Positions 43,401-56,351 of a stretch of DNA of 64,000 bases are shown piece after piece. The notes below the pieces were generated by a model. The model was not told the DNA's origin, did no database searches, and worked only from the letters and a program-made list of their open reading frames with translations. Source of the stretch: Eledone cirrhosa (taxonomy: Eukaryota); contig OZ024745.1 of assembly GCA_964016885.1 (NCBI GenBank), positions 34,906,001 to 34,970,000 of the forward strand. The letters run 5' to 3'. The position numbers and the translations under genes were made by a program. How positions within the stretch are numbered: position 1 is the first letter of the stretch; every line of letters begins with the position of its first letter.

Positions 43401-44983
43401 CCCCAGGGTATGCCTTGGTATTAGACACTATCTGCCTGTCCCGCTGCCTAACTAGCAGGAAGTCAATCTGGCTTATGTGCTCACCAGATTTGTAGGTTAT
43501 TAGGTGATTGGCAGGTTTCTGGAAGTTTGTGTTGCAAATAGTCAATGTACTCGCATCACAAAATTCAAGAAGTCTCACTCCTTCTTCATTTCTTGAACCG
43601 TAACCGTGCCCACCATGTACCCCAGTGTAACCATCCTGGAGCTGTCCAACATGACCATTGAAGTCTCCTGCTAGCATAACGATGTCTCCGTCCTCTGTCA
43701 TTGTGGTTGTTTGCAAAAGTTGCTCATAAAAGCAGTCTTTCTCATCTTTGCCTAGGCCTGCTTGGGGAGCATAGACCGAGATGATTGTCAGTAGTCTCCT
43801 ACCTACAACTAATCTAAGCTTAATTATTCAATTACTAACTCGAACTACCTCTATTGTCTTATTGATCCATTTCTCAGCCACGAAAATGCCTACTCCCCCT
43901 AACCCATCATCCTTACCTACCCAGAATAGCTTATAGCTAAGACGCTTGCCTACGACTAGTCTCGCAGAGGCACCTCTCCATCTCACCTCTTGCACGCAGC
44001 ACACATCCACCTGCCTTCTCTCCAGCATCTCCGCTATTTCAGCAGATCTACCTCAGAGTGCCAACATTAAGTGTTGCAACTCTGAGATGTGACGTCTTCA
44101 TATTTTCCTATGCTGTTTTGTTGCTGTGCTGATAAGCTTTTTGGCATTGATACACTGGTTGGATGCCCTTCCTAACACCAGCGCCACTTTACAGCATGGA
44201 CTGGGTGCTTTTATTTGTGCCACCAGCACTAGAGAGGATGTCTTACTAGACTCAAGGGCCCTCTCTACCCCTCCATTTTACAGCATGGTCATTAAAAAAA
44301 AAAAAAAAAAAAAAAAATTATTGACACGACGCACTCACAAACACACCAATACTCATGCATACAAACCACAACCACACATACCAACACTCATTCATGCATA
44401 CAATCACACACACCACTCACAAACACATATATATACCGACAGTACTGATACAAAATCAAAATCGTCAAAATCACTATCATGTCAACTGTTGACCTTTCCC
44501 AGTCCAGTTCGGCTTGTATATAATAATAATAACAATAATAATTGTTTGCTTTACGCTGGTAATGGCGGTGGTGGATGGTATCAGCACGGTGGTGGTGGAT
44601 GGTCAGTGATGGTGGTGGCAGTTGTTGGTGCTGTAGTTGTTGTCCTTCATTTCACTGCTGCTGTTGCTGCAGTTATTGCTGTCGCATATATACAAATACA
44701 TACACACACACACATTCAACACAGACGATGGTGTTGTTGCTGTTGTTGTTGTAGTTGTTGCTGTGTTGAAATCTGGTCGCATCCACTGAGATATATATGT
44801 ATATACACATACATACATCAAAAGAGAGTCAGCAGTATGTCAACAGGGGACAGGACAGCGACCTTAGAGTAATGTGGTGATGGTGGGGAGCGAGTGTAGG
44901 CGTTATGTACTATACATACACCTTTGATGAGTTGTAGTGCACCTGAGCACTTTACACAATAATTTCATCATTATTATTATTAT
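40421..44983 (+). mobile_element. CR1-like 3' fragment (40421-41023 plus 44904-44983) split by a 3.9-kb insertion
   Basis: The two halves rejoin to the family 3'UTR tattattctatgtactatacatacacctttg. Confidence 0.88.
41024..44292 (-). mobile_element. Near full-length RTE-clade LINE (APE endonuclease + RT, ORF about 44101->41049) with several frameshifts/stops
   Basis: TLNVGTL, QEVRW, GDFNGHVG, SQIDF, QHRLVV (APE); FVDLEKAFDRVP, QGSVLSPLLF, LLYADD (RT); (GAT)n tail at 41024-41047. Confidence 0.95.
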
Positions 44984-45047
44984 AGTAATTCATTCTTATT
45001 TAAAGGAAACTATTATAGTAATTCATTCTTATTTAAAGGAAACTGAA

Positions 45048-45080
<33 letters not shown>

Positions 45081-45545
45081 ATTTTTCATATTCAAATTAT
45101 TTTAACATCTGATAAATTTGGGTGGATGGCTGTTGACTGAGGATTACATCTGCCCTTTTAATAGCTTGTTTTTTGTGCTGCTGAGGTTCCACTTGCCCTC
45201 TTCACCAGACTATATAACTATATACTAGGAATAATTTATGTCTTAACAAGATGAATTTGACAGATTTATTTGTGTGACTTCTGACAAAGGAACAGAACTT
45301 AAAGTTTCTGGCATAAAATAGTATTTCCATGTTAGTTGTACAATGAAAACAGCTCTACGAATTTGGAATATATTCATGATATACTAATACACACATACAC
45401 ATAATATAGATTTCATATACAATAGACAATATATGTAATAGTTTAGATACAGTTCTATGTATTACATACATGACTCGTAGCTATAAGTGGTGCAGGGGTG
45501 AGGAGATATGTCGAGGATTATAGATGTAAATAAGGTAACACAAAC

Positions 45546-45666
45546 CTGCCAAGCAGCAGTAATGTTCTTGTCTGCTGAATAAAATTCAGCTATACAGAGC
45601 CAAACATCAGCCAAGTGTGGCCACTTCATTAAGACTTCACGCCCAATAGTTAGAGCCTCCTCTGTT
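45546..45666 (-). CDS. ZFC3H1: ZFC3H1 exon TEEALTIGREVLMKWPHLADVWLCIAEFY...AAWQ
   Basis: HAT-like helix pair; ttacag/gtttgt; phase 2/0. Confidence 0.88.
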
Positions 45667-47593
45667 CTGTAAATAACATTATATAGAGAAATATATTAAT
45701 GAAATACATTCAGTGCAGCAAGTAGGTTACGATTCACAGGACATTTGTCTACTGAAAGTAACTTAGAATAGGAACTTACCTTTAATCCTTAGTTAAACAG
45801 ATTCTTTGGAATTATGATGACTCACAAGATTCCTTGGGGAAACAAACTTTGGCTAAATACCTGAATTTCCATTTCATATTGCATTAATAGAATGTAAGTG
45901 ATCCTCAATCAAAATAGATTCAAACTTTTTAAGATTTCCAAACATGCAAAAATAAATTTCACTGTTGGTTTGAGAAGCTCCTTGTATGAATTTTCCTACC
46001 AACCACTCCACATTGAAAATTGTGCTGTAAGTTATCAATCCCACTGATAAAGACACCACACTACAAAACAAAACTCCTGTTCAATTCCACTTGTATCACC
46101 AACCACCAAATCATTATTAGTGGAAAAACTACTCCATTCACTCCAATCCAATAAAGTATTCAATTCTGACACTATCTCTTCCTTCATCCTTTAACAATAC
46201 ACTCAACAACTAGCTCCTCTACTTACCAAACCAGGGATTTATCCAAATTTATCGAAACATGTAACAGTACATTTCGACCCCAATAAAAGGAACCATATTA
46301 ACCTTGTGAAATACAGTCCTATATTTTTCACTTCCAATATCTGAAACATGTAAACCTTGTCTGCTTTTAATTCTCGCCCTTCTCAGATCTGCTGGAAACT
46401 TCCACTCCTGCGCCATACAGCAGTACTATGTGAGAACTTTGGTAAAAGACTTCCACATCAGGCAATCTTTTGCCCATACCTGACATGAGAATATCAAAGC
46501 TAAGCTGTTCATTTCTAGGCAACATCAGTCTAACATCATTTTGATCACAAGTCTCTTGTAAAACTACTCAATAGCAGTGTGTGTCAATATGGCCACTTTA
46601 GACACTTAAGTCTCCCACAGTTTTTCATGCTATTACTTCTAATAACACATACTGATCAACATTTCAAATATCTTCACATAACTATGCATTGCTTTGAAAA
46701 GTGGACATAAATACATTCTTTAATAAAGACATGACAAACCTAGTCTTTTTCAAAAACACAATGAATCAGAATTGTTATCTTCAATACCACCAAAAACATG
46801 TAAAATGGTGATGATAAAAACAGCCTTACAATAGACTCTAATTAGTCACAAACACAACTAAACTCTTCAAACTCAACACAAATGCTCGACCTTATAATCT
46901 CATGTTGATTTTACACACAATATATATATAATATATCATTGTGAAAATTACATATCAAACATTTCAGGGCCAGGAAATACATCTGCTTTGATATCTGCTA
47001 AATCTCTACAAACCCTACATTAGTGTTCTGCTCACAAAATCCAAGACAGAGCAGCTGTCATAATGCTCAAACACCTTAGACCATACTGTAAAACTGCAAT
47101 TCAGCTGGTTAAAAGGATTCTTTCACCAACAGATTACAAATGATAAATTACTGACAGTGTTTGTTTTATCTGCCTCTCTTCTACTACTACTTCTCTGGAA
47201 CACCCCCCTCCCTATTCCCATACTATGTCTGCCCTGGCCAATATCACTATACCATTTATACACTGGTACATATCACAATTACACCTATATCCAGATCATG
47301 CACTAAAACTAAACATTCCCACTCATTCTTCCTTCGAAATGCTATGCCCAAGAATTCCCTCCTAAAGAAGTTCAAATTGGACATCCAGCCCTGCAAAAGT
47401 GATAAGGACTGCCTGCCTTCCTCCCCTAACTAATTTGGCTAGTTCAAGCACTGATAACATTGTAATACTACAGTTACAAAGTAAAATAGCTTAATTAAGT
47501 TCTTATTGACCTCTTAATGAATATATATGTTGTAGTTATTTAATATGAAATATAATTATATAAGAAGAGAATAGAGATGAGAGGAATTATTAC

Positions 47594-47775
47594 CTGGACT
47601 GACTGTGGAGAAGTTTTAGAAAACTACAGTAGATTTCAGAAGATACTTGATCATGTTCGGCAGTTCTTTCCTGATCAGTCTTTAAGCAGAAGGTCAAACA
47701 TTCTTCATAGAGCTTCTGTAAGAATTTGATGTCACACTGCAGCTTGGAATGGCTATACCAATCAATGTCGAGAGT
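47594..47775 (-). CDS. ZFC3H1: ZFC3H1 exon TLDIDWYSH...LKLLHSQSR
   Basis: tccag/gtaata; 182 nt open; phase 0/2 fits both neighbours. Confidence 0.82.
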
Positions 47776-48305
47776 CTGGACATAAGAATAAAAGTAATAT
47801 TGATAGAAAGAAGACAGAAAATGAGAAAGAAAAACAAAAATATCAGCATTTGAACACGAGGGTCAGCTGAAAAGGTCATAGGCTGACTATGAAGGAGCGA
47901 TGCTAGAGCTGTGAAATATAGCATGCATTATTTTAAACTCTTCTCATTAATAACTGCATTATTTCTTTTCAGGGACTATGTTGAAAAATAAATCCCATTT
48001 GGTTATTCTATCAGCCAGCCTAAGAACTTTTTAGCCACCATTTATTTTCCACTTTCCCTGCTAACAAGGGTTGGATGGGTCTACATTGACCAAGTCAGTA
48101 CTGAATGTATTTTACTGAGTAAAATAACTTTCATTATCTATCTGCTGTTAGGAGCATAGTTTAAAGGATCTTTCATGAAATTAATATGGAAGGTTTTTAG
48201 ATAAATTATAAACACTTTAAAGCAATTTTCTATCAGGAAGTTTTGTATCAAAAGGATTAATATGTAATTATCAAATTCATGTCAACAATAAGTAATAATA
48301 CTGAC

Positions 48306-48473
48306 CTTAGGGAAGAAATGGTCAAGAAAATGACCTGTTGAATCATATAGCTGGTCTGGTAACTGCTGAAATTCATGTAAATAGATATAGCAGAGCCATA
48401 ACAGAGCTCGATCACTGGGTCGCAGCATGGACATCAATTCTTGATCATGAGAAGAGGGAGTTTGTAGTAGATT
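48306..48473 (-). CDS. ZFC3H1: ZFC3H1 exon NLLQ...SDRALLWLCYIYLHEFQQLPDQLYD...
   Basis: Matches SDRCLAWLAYIHLIEFNILP; tttgtag/gtcagt; phase 0/0. Confidence 0.93.
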
Positions 48474-49774
48474 CTACAAAAAGAGAAATACATAGTCAAA
48501 GATGAAAAAACAGGTGAACCAAAATTATGTCAGTCAACTTTATATACAGAAATTATTTCTGCTAAAGGAAAGGGAAATAGCTAATAGTCAAATCAGATTA
48601 AGTAAACAATATTTCCATTGGTCTTTCTATTGCTAATACTATATGTCAAGTCAACTTCTAGCAGGATTTGAAATCAGAATACAGAGCCAGGTCATTAACA
48701 TTTCTAATAACTCTGGATTGGTATTTTATTGACCCCAAAAGGATGAAAGGCAAAGTTGACCTCAGTAGGACTTGAGCTTAGAACAGTTGCAACAAATATA
48801 GAGGTATTTAATCCAATACCTCAACAACTACCAATCTGCTGCCAACTAAATGAACAATATAGAAACTTTGCAGTATCACACACAATATTGACCAACTCAG
48901 ATGGCAGAGATTAATAATATTTTGTCATGAAAGTTTTTATTTGGCTTCATAGTAAAGTTATTGGTTAAAACAATGAGTTAAATAATTCATTAAGGTGAAT
49001 TTCATTGATTCAAGGATACCCAACTCCTCTCTCTCTTCTGATAAAGGATCAGTGCCCAAAATGTAAAGATTCTTTTCCAACTATACTTAGATTAATATAC
49101 CATCAGTATATTATTCTCATTGTCTTTCTTATTTAAAAAAAAAATGGTATTGTTTTCCTAGTTTGATGTCCTACCTATCACAAACAATTCAACTACAAAG
49201 TAGAACAATTTGTTTATTTTTGTAATATTTATTTAATCATCAACCATCTCAATCATTTTATGTCTGCTTTCCATGTGGGCAACTTGTCATGGTCTGAGAC
49301 TAATCAGACTGACGAACTATGTCTTGTTCATGCATTCCATGGAATAAGATGGATAAAAAAAAAAATGGAACATATGATCAAGGTGTAGCTCTTAAACTGT
49401 GACAAGTTCATTCAACCCAGGCCAACATGGAAAACAGTTAAGTTCTATACACGAAGACAGTAAATTGTTTATTTTGGATTGTGGTCAGTATAGTACCATA
49501 TAACTTCACAGCCTCATCATCACCACTTATCTATTTTCCATGTTTGCATGGGTTAGACAGGCTGTTACACTGAGCTTAGCCTGGTCCAGTAACCACATAT
49601 TAATTGTATGGTCTCTTTTTCAGTTTAGTTTCTATGGCTTGATGCTCTTCCTAATGCCAACCACTTTACATCATGTACTGGAAGCATTTTATCATGATTC
49701 CAGAACTTGCACTCTACATGGTGGACTGGTTGCTTTTTGATATGGCACCAGCAATATCACCTTATAGGGTGGAG

Positions 49775-49828
49775 TGGAAGCTTTTTTTATTGAGAAACAT
49801 AATTATGTTTCTCAACAAAAAAGCTCCA
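49775..49828. repeat. Loopless palindrome with a perfect 26-bp core ttgagaaacataattatgtttctcaa
   Basis: Direct inspection. Confidence 0.9.
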
Positions 49829-50115
49829 TGAACTTTAGTTCTGAGCATCAATTAAAGGATCTATAATAAAGAGTACATATATATATCAATTGAGAAACAA
49901 TTAGCATTTTATATATATACACAGAGCAAATGATATGTAAGTAAATATACTTACTTCAATGTGGTAATAAGCCTATATTCCCTTACACAGATCTGTTTCA
50001 CAAAACCCAAGCAAGGAAACAAACCATCAATCTAAGTAATCAGTATCAATTACCAATTATTGATTTTGGTAATAAGCATCTTAAAACCAGGATTTTAATC
50101 TTCAGGAAGGTTAGG

Positions 50116-50197
<82 letters not shown>

Positions 50198-50324
50198 CTA
50201 TCTATCTCACACTCCACAGAATTAATACCATGATACTTTATATATCCACCACAATATTTTCTAATAGCAGTGTAAATATCCATAGAATCAAAACAGAAGT
50301 TTCCAAAGATGTGTTCATTCTTAC

Positions 50325-50504
50325 CTTAAAAAATAACAATCCAGTTTTAAATCGATTACTAATGACAGTAATACCTAATCTGTAGAGTGAAACTTCAGTG
50401 ATATGTTGAGACACCACTTCACTGGGCTCCTGTGTTTTTAAATATTGGTGCATCTGTTTACATACTTCAATCTTACTGAAATAATTCTCAGTAGCACAGA
50501 GGTA
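50325..50504 (-). CDS. ZFC3H1: ZFC3H1 exon YLCATENYFSKIEVCKQMHQYL...GLLFFK
   Basis: ttttctag/gtaaga; 180 nt open; phase 0/0. Confidence 0.88.
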
Positions 50505-51749
50505 CTAGAAAATACATAAAGTACAAATCAATTAGCGTACATGCCTAGACATAAATATTGATTTTTACAACACTGACACATATATCTATAAATCAATTAT
50601 CTTTGTCTTCAATAACTAACTTACACATAATGAAGAAGATAGAATTTTAAACCTTACCATACGATATTTCTAATAATTTTCAATTAATTTCTACATAATA
50701 GAGAATTTTAAGGAATTTCATAAGGTAACCATATCTTTTATTATTTTTAAGCTGGTATTTGAAGCAAAATTTTCTTACATAAAATCATGATGGAAGGCTT
50801 AAATTTAAATATGAACAAATAACTTTGTATCAGAGGCAGTTTTGTATAAAATTTACTGATTTCGAGATAGTTTCCACCTTGCTGTATTTAGACCAGTAAT
50901 TTTTTCTTTATACATAGTCACTGCAGTGTATATCTGATTTAAAATAGGTACACTATATATATTCCTGGGTGTTGTAAGAGGTGACTAAAAGAGTTAACAC
51001 CAAGACAGGCATCCAGCTGTAAAATGATCCTATGCTATGATGCATGCAAGTCTAACACTTGCTTTGGCAGGCAAAATGGCTTTAAAATGCTTGTTGTTAT
51101 ATGAAGGAGGCAAAACCCCGTCATATTGAGTTATCCTGAATGCATCTGACAACTTGCAACAGAGTGGAATCCACTGGATGATGGATTAGCAGTTTAAATC
51201 CACCTAATTTCACACATAGGGTTGTGTGGGGCCAAGAATACAATAAAAGACAAACATGGTTTCACCTGAGGAATTGAACGCAAACCAATGATTGCCAAAT
51301 GAAATTCTTAACCACGCATTTATTTAGCTCCACTAGCTAGCCCCTTGGTGCCTTTAACAGAGTGCATTTTATTGTAAGCATTCAGACTAGGTTTTCAGTT
51401 TCAAGATACTTTCTTCCATCCTTCCCTGCCATAATTCGTGGAACCCTTCAAAGGGCTGTGAGCATAGCCTTTCCTTCCTTGGCTAAAACAATACAACCAA
51501 CAAGCATTTTAAGGCCATTTTCCCTGCTAAAGCAGGGCTTAGACTCGCAAGCCCCATTACAGACTTTATACTGATCTTTCAGTTTTGCCTCCTCCATATA
51601 CAACAATAAGAATTCTACAGCCATTTTGCCTGCAAAAACAACTGTTACCTTTTTGAGGTAATGTTTTAAGTGAATTCCTTTCCTGGTGCCAAACCTTTTA
51701 GAAAAGTTTAAGAAAAGTTAAAAAAAAAAAAGAAATTCATATTAATTAC

Positions 51750-51942
51750 CTGCCACCATAAAGTATAGGAAGGAGCATTCTGAATAGCGATCCAACACAT
51801 ATCAACAAGATCCTTCTTACTGTCTGGATGTTGACTATACAACTGTAAATAATACTGCCACAGATCTGGAGACTGTTTGATGTTTTCTAGACCACGAGCC
51901 AATACATTCAAAGCCTGATCTAGGTGACCTGATCCAGTATCA
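51750..51942 (-). CDS. ZFC3H1: ZFC3H1 exon HLDQALNVLARGLENIKQSPDLWQYYLQLYS...APSYTLWWQ (HAT/TPR repeats)
   Basis: Matches LDSALNVLARALENNKDNPEIWCHYL; canonical splice sites; phase 2/0. Confidence 0.95.
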
Positions 51943-52615
51943 CTAAAAGAGAATAATAAAGATATGTATGAGCAAAGTAGGGACAAAAATTAAGCCATAA
52001 TCAATACAAGTGCTTTAAAACCATTTCTCCTTGCTAAAGCAGAGGTTACCTACCTGGGCCCCATGACAAGCTTAAATTTCAGGGCAATGTTTTCCACCCT
52101 GCCAATTTAGGTTATAATCAATAGAAAATAGAAATATTAGCAAGTAATATTTTTAACACGATAGTTGTTTCTATTTTTTTTGGCACAAGGCCAGCAATTA
52201 TCCCAGTGCGTTACTGGTACTTTATTTTATCGACCCCGTAAGGATGAAAGGCAAAGTTAACCCCGGCGGGATTTGAACTCAGACCGTAAAGGGCCGTAAC
52301 TCTATGCGTCAAAGCATGGCGTCCGACCCTCTACCGATACTGCTGTATTTCTAATGAAACAAATTACTTATGGTTTGCAACAAATTAAAAAAATAAACAA
52401 AATTTTGAGAGATTTAGTAAAACCTTTTCATTACTAATCTGGTTTGGAGCATGTCTTAAAATATTCTTAAGATAAATTTTAATTTAGAAATATGAACATT
52501 TAAAAATAGGCAGTTTTGTATTTTAGAACCAGAGAGCCTCAGAGGGTTTGACATCTAAAGGTTTTTTTAGGGATGGGGTGGGGGGCTTCTTAGAAAACAT
52601 ACTCTCTCTACTAAC

Positions 52616-52799
52616 CTGCTTCGACTAGATAATTTTTTGTAGGCAAGTTTCAACCACAGTTGCTCATTCTGGGGGTTTTCAAGTACAGCAGCCTCTAAAT
52701 CAGGAATTGCAGTTGTGCTGTTGCCAATATCAAAATAACGTACATCTTGTTCTTCAATTATATCTTCCCACTCTGACAACATGTCTGGTTTTGAACTCA
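52616..52799 (-). CDS. ZFC3H1: ZFC3H1 exon ...QDVRYF...DLEAAVLENPQNEQLWLKLAYKKL
   Basis: Strong match to vertebrate DDVRYF...LEASVLENPSHVQLWLKLAYKYL; phase 1/2. Confidence 0.95.
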
Positions 52800-53074
52800 C
52801 TACAAACACAAAAAAAAAAAAAAATAGAATTTGCAACAGCTTAAGTTTAGCAATTAAGTAAAAAGAAGAAAACAATCAAGGATAAAGCAATACATAGGCA
52901 TGGCTATATGGTTAACAAGCTTATTTTGCTACCATGGTTTTGGATTTAGTCATGGAACATGACACCTTGCGAAAGGGTTTTCTATAGACTCAGGATGACC
53001 AATGTCTTCTAAGTGAAATTTAGTAAACAAAAACTGTGGAAACCTGTTGTAAATTACAGTAGCCAGAGTAAGGA

Positions 53075-53490
53075 TGGGATGGAAAAAGTTCAGGGAGCTA
53101 CTACTGCAAAAGATTTTTCCTTCAAAATGCAGGGTAAATTATATGATGCATGTATACAAGCAACCATGTGCATGGTAGCGAGACCTGAGCTCTGTGTGCA
53201 GAGGGCCTACAAAGATTGGAAAGAAATGAAACTAGCATGCTTCATTGCATGTGTAATAGTAATATACACAAACAGCAAAGCATAAATGAACCGAGAGAGA
53301 AACTGGCTATAAGAGGGATCACATGTAGTGTGCAGGAGAGGAGATTGTGTTGGTATGGACATGTGATGCATATGAAGGATGACAGCCATATAAAAAGATG
53401 CAGGGTGCTCAAAGTTGAAGGTAGCTATGAAATAGGAAGACTTGGGATTGGGGTTGACCATGTACAATTGCATTTCTCAAAGATGATAAC
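53075..53490 (+). mobile_element. RTE LINE 3' fragment
   Basis: GKLYDAC, ERRLCWYGHVM. Confidence 0.75.
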
Positions 53491-53621
53491 ACAGGATAAT
53501 ATATATATGTGCGTGTATGTGAAAGTCAATGCCAATATCATTGACTAAAAGCATTCAAGGCAGTGTCCCAGCATTACTGCAGTTTAGTGACTAAAACCAG
53601 TAATAGAATTTATCAACTCAC

Positions 53622-53744
53622 TGGAGAGAGGGTTGAGATCAGATTCCTCGGTATAAATCTTGTCAATATCCACTACTGTATCAGGTAGATTTTCTTGATT
53701 TGGTTTCCAACAACGTGGTTCAAAAAACATGGTGTGTGGAGGAA
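53622..53744 (-). CDS. ZFC3H1: ZFC3H1 exon PPHTMFFEPRCWKP...
   Basis: PP...R-x-WKP motif; tttctag/gtgagt; phase 1/1. Confidence 0.88.
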
Positions 53745-54057
53745 CTAGAAACACAGGTAAATCATAAATATCATAACTGTTACACACTAGATAAAACAAT
53801 TTTAGAATGCTAATTGTTTTTGTTTATTCATAGTTATTTCCTGGAAAAAATTTTTTTTTCTGATTTATATTGATTAGTAATATGAAACGGGATGGCTTCA
53901 AGAAAAAATATCCAAGCTTGTGGTTAGCCTACTACATTAACAAAATTAATTGCATCAAGATAATTGCATTCTACATCACTGAAAATGTTGTTCTAAAAAA
54001 TTGTATTTAAAAATAGGCATTGTTAATAAAGCTATGAGGAAACAAAATCTGGGAGGG

Positions 54058-54450
54058 TCATCATCATCACCACCGTTTTACATCCGTTCTTCCACGCGAG
54101 CAAGGGTTGGATGGGTTGTCCTGTTGTGGGCAGTGTCCGTCCGGCTGACCTTGTCTTGCTCATACGGGAACTGATTCTGGCTTGATTTCTACAGCTGGAT
54201 GCCCTTCCTAACACCAACCTCATTTACAGTGAGTGCTGGGTGCATTTTTGCCGTGGCACCTCCATGACCACTTTGCAGTGGAATGATAGGGACCCCAGTC
54301 CTATCATCTCATTTCTACAGCTGAGTAAACTGGAGCAATGTGAAATAAAGTGTCTTGCTCAAGGAAACAACACATCACCCGGTCCGAGAATTGAACTCAC
54401 AACTTTTTGATTGCAAGCCCAATGCTCTAACCACTAAGCCAAGTGCCTTC
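54058..54450 (-). mobile_element. CORE-type SINE copy
   Basis: Same family as 22250-22640. Confidence 0.85.
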
Positions 54451-54836
54451 AGGGTAGGGGCACAAAACTAGTAGTTAAATAAATGAAACTGATAAATCAT
54501 AGTAACAAACATGGTGAATGCTTTAACCCTTTAGGATTTAAACTGGTTGTATCGGGCCAGAATTTTCTCACCCCTTTCTGTTTAAACCTGGCCTAACTGG
54601 TCGCCCATACCAATGTTAAAGTATTGTCCTCAAAATAAACAATATCAAAATCTCACAGATTCGATATTATGTGGGATAATTATGTGAGGTAAAGCCTTTA
54701 ACTACAAAATTACAATAGTATATATATATATAGTAACGTAAATGGTAAAGGGTCAAACTTCTTTTTGGAAAGATTACCGAAATTGGCTGAGAATATTATG
54801 AGAGAATGTAAAAATAATTAAGACAGTGAAACATAC

Positions 54837-54938
54837 CATGATGTACAAATTCATTTACTTTACTGATCTGAAGTAAACACAGTTCATCAACTGTCATTCT
54901 ACCTTGATTTTGATTCATTACATTATCTACATAATCAC
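54837..54938 (-). CDS. ZFC3H1: ZFC3H1 exon DYVDNVMNQNQGRMTVDELCLLQISKVNEFVHH
   Basis: Similar to vertebrate YVEKL...RMSMDQMAVLLVSNINE; ttttcag/gtatgt; phase 1/1. Confidence 0.9.
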
Positions 54939-56229
54939 CTGAAAATAAGAGAAACCATTAAAATGTTAAAATATGCAACAAAATACTTCTTCATTTGTAG
55001 ATATCTTTCTTAATGCCAACAATTTTACAGAATGTACTGTGTGCATGTTATCATGGCATCAGTGCTAGAGAGGTTACCATGCACTTATGTAGTTGAAGAG
55101 CCCCCTCAAAATATTTATATAAATTTCATGTTGCAACTAAATTCAGAATATGTAAACTGCATTTATAAAGGACAAAAATTGTACATCAATTTGAACTTTA
55201 TCTTTTAACATCCTGTAATCATTTATCAGAAAATATTTTTAAATGGTTAGTTAATTTAAATGTTTATATCTTTACTAGTGAACAGATCATTGTGAACATT
55301 TACTGTGTTAAGGTATTTAAATTTTAATGCAGTCAGAATGCTCTTTTACACTTTTCAAGAATGTCCTGCTAAAGTGATTTTATGTGGTACAGGATGTTAA
55401 GAGTTAAATAAAATTGTTACCATATACAGACAACAGATGGAATTAATAGTGTCTTTTATGTGTAGTATCAAATTTAACACTAGAGAATGTCTAACCTAGA
55501 GTCAAGCAAAACAATGTGCCCACTCCATTTTGATAACAACAATAAAATACATGTCAGCATGGAAAACTAATGTTAAATGATGATGACAGCATTTGATTTG
55601 ATCAATGAAAAATTTAGAGGGATTTCATCATCATTATTTAATCAATGTTCTCTATTAGCAAGGGTTAGATGGGTTGTCACAGATCAAGTCAATATTAAAT
55701 CGGACTGGGGGCTACATCTTGTTTATATAAATTTCTGCACATTTTATCATGGTACCAGCACTAGGGTGGTTGTCATATTTTTGACACATCTAAAGAGCCT
55801 TCTTACCCTTTCTTTTGCAAGGGTTCAATGGCTGGATGACCTTCCTATCACCAACTACTCCACAGAGTGCACTAAGTGCATTTTATCATATCACCAGTAC
55901 TAGAGATGTTGTGCCTTTCACAATTGAAGAGCCCTCTCTCAACTTTTTTTGGCATGATTTCTACAGTTAAGTGCTGTTCCTATCACCAACCACCTTATTT
56001 TATGCGATACCAACAATCGAGCTGTTGTTGTGTCATGACTGGAGGGTCCTCACTGCTTATTTTATTGAGATGTTCTAATAAAATTAAACTGGAAAATTTA
56101 AATCTAAATAACATTTTTAAAACAAGGTTTTGTTTCATATAACTGGAAATGGTTTAGGGCAGATTGATATGAAAAGGGTTAATATGAGATTTAAAAAAAA
56201 AATCTGACAAGGCAAATAAAAGCACTTAC

Positions 56230-56351
56230 TAATATGACTAACTATTTTTTCTCCAGATTGATCTTTAGAAGCTCCAGCAAGAGGAGGAGCATATGATACA
56301 ATATCTTGTAAAATCTCTTGGGTTGACATGGTATAATCCTTCAAATGTTGG
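56230..56351 (-). CDS. ZFC3H1: ZFC3H1 exon QHLKDYTMSTQEILQDIVSYAPPLAG...
   Basis: Supplies the His of the zinc finger; QDI-x-SY motif; canonical splice sites; phase 2/1. Confidence 0.93.

Noticed and set aside
44126-44872. 248-aa plus-strand ORF
   Set aside because: Low-complexity read-through of poly(A) and trinucleotide runs, antisense to the RTE 5'UTR; no domain
44978-45043. 33-bp tandem duplication after the CR1 tail
   Set aside because: Ordinary local duplication or slippage with no further structure
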